Below are positions 10,121 to 18,173 of a DNA stretch of 45,734 nucleotides, in pieces (the first letter of the stretch is position 1; each line of letters begins with the position of its first letter). The position numbers and the translations under genes are program-made. The notes beneath the pieces were generated by a model. The model was not told the DNA's origin. It ran no database searches and saw only the letters and a list, made by a program, of their open reading frames with translations. The stretch comes from Candidatus Woesearchaeota archaeon. GTDB taxonomy: Archaea; Nanobdellota; Nanobdellia; Woesearchaeales; BM511. Location of the stretch: the NCBI GenBank assembly GCA_023266675.1, contig JAHFPP010000002.1:1-45734 (forward strand). Reading direction: 5' to 3'.

Positions 10121-10477
10121 TTAAGCACCAAAGCCTATAAACGACACACCTACTATTATTGTTACTATCCCAACCCACTTCATTGCTGTCATCTTTTCTT
10201 TCAGTAAAATTTTTGAATAAATTACTACCCAAACATAATCAAGAGCTACAAGAGGATATAAAACTGATAAGTCACCTCCCTTTAATGCAGGTATGAAAAG
10301 AACCGTGCTAATTGCGTAAATCAATATTCCTATTATAAGTGGTCGATTCCTAAAAACATCCATCAGTTTTTTTCTCTCAATCTTTTCTGCACCTTTCTTA
10401 AGGTATATCGGACCAAATGCGCCTATAACACCCGCAATTATTACAAGAATTATTGCCCAAAGTTCAGTTTTCATCAT
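10121..10477 (-). CDS. small 4-TM DMT/EamA half-size transporter (ArnE/ArnF-like flippase subunit candidate)
   Basis: 118 aa with four hydrophobic helices. Paired with a paralogous neighbour via a 4-nt overlap. Confidence 0.55.
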   Translation of the reverse strand: MMKTELWAIILVIIAGVIGAFGPIYLKKGAEKIERKKLMDVFRNRPLIIGILIYAISTVLFIPALKGGDLSVLYPLVALDYVWVVIYSKILLKEKMTAMKWVGIVTIIVGVSFIGFGA

Positions 10478-10860
10478 ACACTCTCCGTGTATTTTAATAT
10501 TTCCTTGTCTTCTTCCCCAAAGGCTATGAAGGTTATTCCAATTATTATCAGGAATATTCCAATCCAGCGAAATACGTTTATCTCTTCGTTAAAATAGTAT
10601 TTTGAGCTTAAAGTCACCCATATATAACTTAATGTTATAATCGGATAAAGCGTACTGACTTCCCCATGCTTGAGCGCAATGATTACAAGAATCGAGCCTA
10701 TTCCATAAAAAACCATTCCAATCATTATCGGCCAGTTTGTGATTATTGAATTAATATTAAACTCAAGTGAGCCTGCGCCAATCTTATAAAACATCTGTGC
10801 AGCCGTTGTAAATACGGTGCATAAAATCATCATGGCAATTGCCCATTTTTTAGTTTTCAT
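10474..10860 (-). CDS. small 4-TM DMT/EamA half-size transporter (ArnE/ArnF-like flippase subunit candidate)
   Basis: 128 aa with the same topology as 10121..10477. ATGA-type overlaps on both sides. Confidence 0.55.
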   Translation of the reverse strand: MKTKKWAIAMMILCTVFTTAAQMFYKIGAGSLEFNINSIITNWPIMIGMVFYGIGSILVIIALKHGEVSTLYPIITLSYIWVTLSSKYYFNEEINVFRWIGIFLIIIGITFIAFGEEDKEILKYTESV

Positions 10861-11219
10861 TTCTTCTTCTTTCCCTCTTTTAATGCAAGATTGATTACTA
10901 TCTCTTCAATTCTTTTCTGGCTTTTACGAACTATCGTGTATGTATGAAAAAGCATTCCAATCACAAATATGAATCCAATGACGATGAAGAAATCCATTCT
11001 TCTGCTGAACTGAAGCACATCTGTGACTATGAAATCCAGAGATGTTGGAAAAACAACGAGTATTAAAAAAACGCTCCATGAACCAAACCAGAATATGCTT
11101 TCCTTTACAGTGAACTCTTTTCGCCTTTGGTGCAAAAATGTTATGTAAAACATGAACAGTGCAAATAAAATCCCTATTATCTGGACTCCTAGTATCTCAT
11201 TCATCTTCTTAGCCTCCAT
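10857..11219 (-). CDS. small membrane protein, DUF2304-like (typically partnered with a GT2)
   Basis: 120 aa. Three TM helices plus a charged C-terminal helix (RKSQKRIEEIV). Lies immediately downstream of a GT2 gene. Confidence 0.45.
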   Translation of the reverse strand: MEAKKMNEILGVQIIGILFALFMFYITFLHQRRKEFTVKESIFWFGSWSVFLILVVFPTSLDFIVTDVLQFSRRMDFFIVIGFIFVIGMLFHTYTIVRKSQKRIEEIVINLALKEGKKKK

Positions 11220-11857
11220 AAAAACATATTAATAACTATCTTTACACCATCAAGCGGCGTTGTGCCCTTATATTTATCATTATATATTGTTTCAATCGGT
11301 ATCTCCTTAAATTTTAACTTGGATTTTCCGATATTCGCAATCATTTCACTCTCAACGCTGTATCCTACTGATGCCCATTTGATTTTTTTGTATGCGTCGC
11401 TTGTAAACGCCCGAAATCCGCTTTGGGTGTCTTTTACGCTGATGTTATATAAAACTCTTGTTGTAAAATTTATAAAGCTGTTCCCAAATTTCAGTATGAA
11501 CGGCATATTCTTATCAAGCTCTCTGTAACCAAGAACGACGTCATATTTATCAAGCTCTTTTAAGAATCGCGGTATATCCTGCGGCTTATGCTGCCCGTCA
11601 GAATCTATGACAACTATTTTGTTTGCGCCTTTTTTTAGCGCATACTCGCATCCAGTTTTTAGCGCGGCTCCTTTTCCAAGATTTATTATGTGTCGAAGAA
11701 CAGTTACGCCGTAAGATTTTGAAGTCTCAAATGTTCTGTCTTTGGAGCCATCATCAACAACTATTATGTTGCTGTACTTCTTTTTTACTTTTGACAGAAC
11801 GTCTCCTATATTCTTGCATTCATTGTACGCGGGTATTATGATAAAAATATTATCCAT
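11201..11857 (-). CDS. GT2-family glycosyltransferase (polyprenyl-phosphate glycosyltransferase, ArnC/GtrB/Dpm1-like)
   Basis: Motifs IIIPAYNE, VVDDGSKDRT, VIDSDGQH (DxD). 218 aa. Confidence 0.85.
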   Translation of the reverse strand: MDNIFIIIPAYNECKNIGDVLSKVKKKYSNIIVVDDGSKDRTFETSKSYGVTVLRHIINLGKGAALKTGCEYALKKGANKIVVIDSDGQHKPQDIPRFLKELDKYDVVLGYRELDKNMPFILKFGNSFINFTTRVLYNISVKDTQSGFRAFTSDAYKKIKWASVGYSVESEMIANIGKSKLKFKEIPIETIYNDKYKGTTPLDGVKIVINMFLWRLRR

Positions 11858-11863
11858 AAAACC

Positions 11864-14812
11864 TCACTTAAGCTTTACTTTCCATGTTATTATTCGCTGG
11901 CCCGTGATGTCAGTTTTATCTGTGAACTTCTCAAACTTGTCAAGTCCGACACCATCATAGTAAAACAGTCTTGTGAACATGCTTGCTGAAAGTTCATAGT
12001 CCATCATAATTGTAGAATATGATTCCCCTTTCTTAATAAGAGCTACTCCAATAAATCTTCCGTTTTGCGCTGTAAGAACTTTTCCCTTGCTGTATTCTTT
12101 CACATTGAACGTTTCATTTTCGACATATACTAGCGTCTTTGGGTGGAGGTTTCCGTCTTTTGTAGGAACCCACGAATCATGGTCTGTTAGATTTATCATC
12201 ATCCCATTTGAGCATAAAAGGGTTTCATTGTCTTTTTTTGAGCATCCGCTTTCGCCTGACATGTAGCTTGGCCATGGCGCAATCCACTGGTCGCCGTCAG
12301 TTGAAGTGATTTCATAAAATGTTTTTTGCGCATCATTTTCTGATAAACCAAAATCATTCTTCAGTATCTCAATTCCTCTGTCTTTATTGTTTATTACATC
12401 ATTAAACATATGAGCTCTGCTAAAATTCCATATTCCAAAGTGCGCCCAGACGCCTGATTTTCCAACCATATCTTCTGATGTTATATAATAATGAGGAAGT
12501 ATAAGGTTGTCACAGTGCGTGTTTATTAGGATTTCTTCTATCTCTGAATTGCTAAAACCTTTTTTTGTTAAAATTTTTGACGCTGTCTTTTTGTCTTCTC
12601 TAATTATCTCATTAACTATATCTATCGCGTCAACAGTGTTTTTGTCGCTGTTGTTATCACGCAAATTAAGATACTTCTGTATGACATGCGGCGCGTTTTG
12701 CTGTCCGCAGTTTAGCATTCTAAGTATTCCTACAGCAGAATCCTGGTCTGATGTGAGCAGGCTTTTACCGACCCAGTGTATTCTTTCGCCCTGATCTGCG
12801 CCGTCAAAAGTAACACGTCTTTCGCTTATCGCAACAAACCAGTGTCCAAAATCCCACCAAGATGTTATCATGCCGTCTGTCGCATTGTCCTTTATTGCTG
12901 TTAGCGAATCATACCACGCGTCATTCATCATTGTAACGTCGTTTTCCGCTATTGAATATGAATTCTTCACCTGGCTTACTAGAAGAAGAGAGAATAACAA
13001 TGCCATAAGCACATATGAAACTGTTTTGTTAAGCTCAATTTCTTTATGTAAAAGGTTGCTTAAGTAATTGTAGATTATTCCAACGCCGGCGCCTGTTGCT
13101 ATTGCAAATGCAGGAACCATTAGTATTCCAAATCTTATTCCTTTTGTGAATCCGTAAGCTGTTCCAACAAACCATATTATGATAAGCACTGCAAGCTTTA
13201 TGTCAACATCTTCATTCTCTTTGTAATAAATTATTTTTAGTATACCTGCTATTATTGGTATGATTATTACTATTATGAAAAATACCGGGTTGTTCAACTG
13301 GTCTTTGTAGTAAAGGAATCCGAGGTAATACATCATTGACAGTCCAACATATATATTGTTTATCTTGATGTTTCTTTTTGTGTTGTAAAGCAATAATACT
13401 ATGCCGCTTAATGCAAGGAAGAACAGTATTGGTCCGCCCATCTGGCTGATTATTGCTGATAAAGCTGTTGCATTGTTTTCTGCAACAGTTGTCAAAACGT
13501 TTGGCCATATGCTGCTTACACCGACGCTTTTTAATGTCATAACCCCTAAAGGCCCTCTAATTGTTGCAGTGAATGCAGATGCGCCGTTGATGAAGGCGAC
13601 TATAATAAATGAGACTGCAACAAATATTACTGTAACAATTGATATCTCTTTTAGCTGTCTTGCTATTTTTTCCTTATTGTATACTTTGATGAATAAAAGG
13701 TAAGCTACGTAGCATCCTATCATTACAGCTATGAAGTCAAATGTGTACCACCATCCTATCCATGCATAACTGAATAGTCCGACAAATACAGCAGCTAAAA
13801 CTGAGTATATCACCTGTTTTTTGACTTCTTTTGATTCAAACGCCTCAAGGAACATCCACATTATCATCAGTGGGAAAAATATGTTGTACGGGTCTGTGTC
13901 GGCAACGCCGCCAACAGTTCTTGACAAAAGCGAAGGGTTGACACCGATAATCATTGCGGCAAAGAATCCGCCGATGTTTCCGCCGACTTTTCTTCCTATG
14001 AAAAATGCAGGTATTATTGAGAGTCCAATCACAATTACTGACATTAAAAAAACAACAGATGTTAGCTGAACATTATTATTAAAGAATTGCGCAAACTTGT
14101 AAAGGTATACTTCAAAATACATGTGTATTGTTCCTGCGCCAAGGTCGCTTGGAAGTCCCTGCCTTCCGTTTCTTAGCATGTTCATGCTAACGCCGTTAAC
14201 ATAATCAGTACCAAAGTGCCCGTATTTTAAGTAATTCTTCACTTCGCCGTACCAGACGTATGTATCTATATCAGAAAGGTAGATGTACTCTTTTCCGTTT
14301 ACTGTGTATTTGAAATTTGATTTGAAATTCTGAGAGAGCTGCGCTGTCTGCTGCGCTATGACATCCTTGTTGTCAGTTTTAAACTTTTGAAGCTGAGTTT
14401 CTACAAGCGCGTTCTTGTTGTCTGTTGGCAGATTAGGATACTGCTGGTCAACGCTTGTTCGTATTTGGTTTCTGTAATAATTGTCAACTGTAGACTGAGC
14501 CCAATTGTCAGTCATCGGTAAGTCAGCTGGAATCATTCTTATATAAGTTGAGAATAATAATGCGATAAGTATTAATGTAAACGGAATTAAAAGTTTCTTT
14601 TTGCTTTTAAAAAATTCAACTGTCGGCGCAAAGCTTATATCAATGTCTTCTTCGCTTTTTTCTTCTTTATGAGATGTTTTTAACTCTTTTTTTTCGTCAC
14701 TGTCTTTAAACATTCCGCTGAAGAACTTTGTTATAGGCTTAAAATCAATCTGCAAATCATCGTCATCTGAACTTTGCTTTGTATTTTTAACAGTAGCATT
14801 ATGTTTTTTCAT
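11864..14812 (-). CDS. aglB: archaeal oligosaccharyltransferase (STT3 family)
   Basis: Long multi-TM N-terminal region followed by a soluble domain. Catalytic motif WWDFGHW (WWDYG variant) in ...MITSWWDFGHWFVAI.... The track start at 14821 is GTG. The first ATG (MKKHNA) is at 14812. Confidence 0.9.
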   Translation of the reverse strand: MKKHNATVKNTKQSSDDDDLQIDFKPITKFFSGMFKDSDEKKELKTSHKEEKSEEDIDISFAPTVEFFKSKKKLLIPFTLILIALLFSTYIRMIPADLPMTDNWAQSTVDNYYRNQIRTSVDQQYPNLPTDNKNALVETQLQKFKTDNKDVIAQQTAQLSQNFKSNFKYTVNGKEYIYLSDIDTYVWYGEVKNYLKYGHFGTDYVNGVSMNMLRNGRQGLPSDLGAGTIHMYFEVYLYKFAQFFNNNVQLTSVVFLMSVIVIGLSIIPAFFIGRKVGGNIGGFFAAMIIGVNPSLLSRTVGGVADTDPYNIFFPLMIMWMFLEAFESKEVKKQVIYSVLAAVFVGLFSYAWIGWWYTFDFIAVMIGCYVAYLLFIKVYNKEKIARQLKEISIVTVIFVAVSFIIVAFINGASAFTATIRGPLGVMTLKSVGVSSIWPNVLTTVAENNATALSAIISQMGGPILFFLALSGIVLLLYNTKRNIKINNIYVGLSMMYYLGFLYYKDQLNNPVFFIIVIIIPIIAGILKIIYYKENEDVDIKLAVLIIIWFVGTAYGFTKGIRFGILMVPAFAIATGAGVGIIYNYLSNLLHKEIELNKTVSYVLMALLFSLLLVSQVKNSYSIAENDVTMMNDAWYDSLTAIKDNATDGMITSWWDFGHWFVAISERRVTFDGADQGERIHWVGKSLLTSDQDSAVGILRMLNCGQQNAPHVIQKYLNLRDNNSDKNTVDAIDIVNEIIREDKKTASKILTKKGFSNSEIEEILINTHCDNLILPHYYITSEDMVGKSGVWAHFGIWNFSRAHMFNDVINNKDRGIEILKNDFGLSENDAQKTFYEITSTDGDQWIAPWPSYMSGESGCSKKDNETLLCSNGMMINLTDHDSWVPTKDGNLHPKTLVYVENETFNVKEYSKGKVLTAQNGRFIGVALIKKGESYSTIMMDYELSASMFTRLFYYDGVGLDKFEKFTDKTDITGQRIITWKVKLK

Positions 14813-14918
14813 GAAGTACACTCCCGAACTAATATATTTTCTTAAAATCTATAATTCTTTATAAAGATTTCTAATAATCTTACTCTATTAATATATACTC
14901 ATCTGTCTTTATTCATAT

Positions 14919-15989
14919 CTACTTAAACGCGTATTTGAATAGCTTTGGCTCTTTCATCAGCTGTATTAAAACTTTTGAGAAGTTGTCTCTATTGGTTTTT
15001 TCAAGCGTGTGCCTGATTTTTTCTTTTGACAGTATTCCAACAAGTTCGTTGTAGTCTTTTGCGCTAAACCTGTCAAGCTTGTTTCTGATTTTTTCGTGTA
15101 TATATAGTTCCTTGAAAAGTTTTTTTCGCCATTCAATTTCATAGTTTTTATTTTTGATAATGCTTTCTGATAAAGCCTTTGCGCCAAGCATTCCTTGGAT
15201 TATTCCGCCGCCGGTAGTTGATTTTATCTGGGACGCCGCGTCTCCGGCTATATATACATTGCCTCTTTGTGTTCTAAGCATCGGGTTAAACATAGGTATT
15301 GGCCCTGCCTGGTAGCCAAGAATTTTTCCGTAGCTTTTTACAAAGTCGTCGTATCTTTTGTCAAACTTCTTGTAGCCGTAGCCTATTCTTGCAATGCTTT
15401 CGTTTTCAGGAACTACCCATGTGAAGAATCCGTCAACATTGAAGTAGACGTCAAAAATTTCTCGCTCAAAATTTCCTTCAACTGTTGCCTGTTTTCCGAT
15501 ATAAAACTCAACTTTTCTTTTTGTTACGTGGCTACGCACCCTTGATGCCGCGCCGTCAGCGCCTATTAATATGTCTGTGTGCTTAGTAAATTCCTTATCA
15601 TCGCTTTTAAATTTAACATTGCCTGTTTTTACATCATAATCAACAAACCTTGTGTTAAGATGCGCCTTTGCGCCTTTCTCAACTGCTTTCTCAAATACGT
15701 GCCTGTCAAAAGCGCCCCTATCTAATATTATGTCATCAATTTTTATTTTCACAGAGTTGCCGTCTGGCGAATTTATCCTAGCATATTTAATTCTGTTAAC
15801 TATGAGCTCATGTGGTATTTTTATTACCTCATTTATTCGTGGAGTGACTATTCCAGTGCACTGGACAGGGTTTCCAACTGTCTTATGCTCTTCATAAATC
15901 GATACATCATAGTGGTCTGAGAGAAGGTACGCGCTATACGCGCCAACTGGTCCTGCTCCGATAATTGATATTTTTTTAGTTTTATCCAT
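14919..15989 (-). CDS. geranylgeranyl reductase family flavoprotein (lipid or polyprenol/dolichol saturation)
   Basis: Motifs IIGAGPVGAYSA (FAD GxGxxG), IGADGAASRVR, YIAGDAASQIKSTTGGGI. Confidence 0.85.
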   Translation of the reverse strand: MDKTKKISIIGAGPVGAYSAYLLSDHYDVSIYEEHKTVGNPVQCTGIVTPRINEVIKIPHELIVNRIKYARINSPDGNSVKIKIDDIILDRGAFDRHVFEKAVEKGAKAHLNTRFVDYDVKTGNVKFKSDDKEFTKHTDILIGADGAASRVRSHVTKRKVEFYIGKQATVEGNFEREIFDVYFNVDGFFTWVVPENESIARIGYGYKKFDKRYDDFVKSYGKILGYQAGPIPMFNPMLRTQRGNVYIAGDAASQIKSTTGGGIIQGMLGAKALSESIIKNKNYEIEWRKKLFKELYIHEKIRNKLDRFSAKDYNELVGILSKEKIRHTLEKTNRDNFSKVLIQLMKEPKLFKYAFK

Positions 15990-16188
15990 GCTTTAACCAA
16001 TTTTTGCAATTTTATTTATATTCTTATTGTTAAAATGAAAAATACTGTTTTATTGCATCTATATATACAGTGCTCTCAAACATTATTAATTGAAAAGATA
16101 ATCTTACTATAATCACTTATTCTATTTTACTTTTATCTCTAACTTATAAAAAAATAATATTAGTATCATTGTATAGTAGTTACATAAG

Positions 16189-16205
16189 CGAAGAGTTTAA
16201 ATACT
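16189..16205 (+). promoter_or_regulatory. BRE/TATA promoter candidate for 16253 gene
   Basis: CGAAGAGTTTAAATACT lies about 50 nt upstream of the ATG. AGGTGA (16240-16245) sits 7-8 nt before the ATG as an SD. This 17-mer is 16/17 identical to the one at 37984..38000. Confidence 0.45.
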
Positions 16206-16252
16206 AGTGATGTTTTACCAGTAAGAACTATATTATCAAAGGTGATTTAAAC

Positions 16253-18118
16253 ATGAGTTATAATTCAAAATTAAACCAATTAATTCTAGCAAGTGCACTC
16301 GCTGCAACAGTTGGATACACAAGCCCTTCAATTGCACAGGAAGCACCAAAAACACCGCGAGCAGACCTAATCCAAATTTTAAAAAATGAACAATCTTTGC
16401 AGCAATCAGAATCATTAAACAAAGCTTTGAAAGCAGAAACTCCTTTAAAATTTCAAGGATTAAATAACGTAAATCCTCCATCTTTAAACTTTGACATAAC
16501 AAGCGCTAAACCTGATAATTCAGCTGTACTTTCAAAAGATGATGTTAACCTGCTTCTTGGTTCAGTTGATAGTAACTTTCCAAAACCAAAAGATTTAGAC
16601 ACTAAAATAAATTCACTTTTCTCCGGCAGAATTATTCCTCAAAAGAGCGAGGATGTTATGGGAACTTTATTTTATAACCCGGAATCTAATACAGGAACAT
16701 TCAAAATGCAAGGCAAATCATTTAAAGGAAAAAGATTTGCTTATATGGATCTTACAACAGGATACAGTGTTGAAGGAGCACTAAAAGGCAATGAGGTTTC
16801 AATTGCATTTGAACAAGGTTATAGTCCTTTAACTGCATCTAAAAAACGTCTTGTAGAGTTCGACGTAAAAGATGGAAAAACACACTCATACTCAGCAAGC
16901 ACTTTAAACGGCATTTCAAAAATCAGAATCGCAAAAAATGCCGCAAAACAACATAATACAGTTAATCCTGCAGATTCTTACACAAAAACTCCATCATCAC
17001 AAAAAGATGAACTGCAAAAACTTGTTGAACAAAAAGAAGCAAAAAAACCAGAAGTAAAAGAACCAGATACAACTCTTGAATCAAAAGTAAAAAAACACGT
17101 TAAATTTGTCGGAAAAGTTGAAGATCCTGACGGCAAAATACATCATGGAATACTAAATTTAAAATTTGATTATGCAAATAAAGAGATCTCACACAAAGTA
17201 AGAAAAGACCTTTACACTTTTGTCGGACCAAATGCAGGTTATACACTCTCAGCTCCACAAATAGGAAATGTTTCAGGAGTTTATAACAATTCAACAAGAC
17301 GTGCAAATTATAATTACAGCGGTTTAGAAGAAAAAGGTTTTGATGCAAAAGCACCAGGAAAAGCAACCATAGGGGTTTACAAAAACGAAGGCAAAGATGC
17401 AAAAGGCATTGAAACAATAGTCTACGGCGCATCAGTAAGACTTTCTAACGTAGATAAAACAGAAGTAAATGAAGTAGTCAAAACTGAAGAGCAAAAACCA
17501 ATTGTAAAACCAGAAGACAAACCAAAAGCTGAAGATGTAACTCCTTACGTAGCCACATGCTACAAAAATCTTGAAGAAATAACAGTCAACGGAGTTACAT
17601 ACAAGGCAAAAGACCTTGCAAAGTTTGATGGCAACATCACTTATTCACCTTTAAGCGTAGGAAGCTTTGACACGTTATCTGCTAAATTAACTGATGCAGG
17701 AAAAGAAAATTACACATTAAACATTGTTAGAAAAGACGGAAGCGACGTCCAGAAACTTTTTTATTCTGATGGAGGTAACTACTCATGGCAGGATGAACAG
17801 ACATCAACGCTTGAAGGTATGACATCAGACGTAAACAGTCAAGAATTTAAAGGATGGAAGCTTAATAATGGCTGGATACTTGGCCTAGGCGACGCAAAAA
17901 CTCCAATTGAAATAACACTTAATGATAAGAGCGATGCAAATGCCAAATATACGTGCGCAGTCGGTGAAGCATACAGATCAGGCGAAGCAAAACTTATCAA
18001 CGGCATTGCAGGCGCAGTAATACTTGGCGGAGTATATAACGTTACACATGCAGGCGGCGCAGCAGCCACTGGCGGAAATGCAGGAACAATTTTTGGCAAT
18101 CCATTGATTCCTAGATAA
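16253..18118 (+). CDS. secreted protein of unknown function
   Basis: 621 aa. N-terminal signal-like LILASALAATVGYTSPSIAQE. K/E/P-rich linkers. Gly/Ala-rich hydrophobic C-terminus (GIAGAVILGGVYNVTHAGGAAATGGNAG). Confidence 0.6.
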   Translation: MSYNSKLNQLILASALAATVGYTSPSIAQEAPKTPRADLIQILKNEQSLQQSESLNKALKAETPLKFQGLNNVNPPSLNFDITSAKPDNSAVLSKDDVNLLLGSVDSNFPKPKDLDTKINSLFSGRIIPQKSEDVMGTLFYNPESNTGTFKMQGKSFKGKRFAYMDLTTGYSVEGALKGNEVSIAFEQGYSPLTASKKRLVEFDVKDGKTHSYSASTLNGISKIRIAKNAAKQHNTVNPADSYTKTPSSQKDELQKLVEQKEAKKPEVKEPDTTLESKVKKHVKFVGKVEDPDGKIHHGILNLKFDYANKEISHKVRKDLYTFVGPNAGYTLSAPQIGNVSGVYNNSTRRANYNYSGLEEKGFDAKAPGKATIGVYKNEGKDAKGIETIVYGASVRLSNVDKTEVNEVVKTEEQKPIVKPEDKPKAEDVTPYVATCYKNLEEITVNGVTYKAKDLAKFDGNITYSPLSVGSFDTLSAKLTDAGKENYTLNIVRKDGSDVQKLFYSDGGNYSWQDEQTSTLEGMTSDVNSQEFKGWKLNNGWILGLGDAKTPIEITLNDKSDANAKYTCAVGEAYRSGEAKLINGIAGAVILGGVYNVTHAGGAAATGGNAGTIFGNPLIPR

Positions 18119-18119
18119 C

Positions 18120-18125
18120 TTTTTT
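18120..18125 (+). terminator. oligo-T tract after stop (archaeal intrinsic termination candidate)
   Basis: T6 run starts 2 nt after the TAA of the 16253..18118 gene. Confidence 0.25.
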
Positions 18126-18173
18126 ATATTTATTTAACTTATAATTGAATTAAAATCAGCAAGAGTGGATAAA

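Noticed and set aside
443-10207. Numerous 60-170-aa ORFs antisense to the glycosylation genes (for example 443..625, 2272..2559, 5724..5918, 6990..7493, 7568..7885, 9314..10207)
   Set aside because: Each is nested within a longer motif-supported gene on the other strand. Their translations are hydrophobic or low-complexity mirror images typical of AT-rich DNA.
13212-13508. 98-aa same-strand ORF inside aglB
   Set aside because: It is out of frame within the TM region of a 985-aa gene that has a clear STT3 motif. It is a composition artefact.
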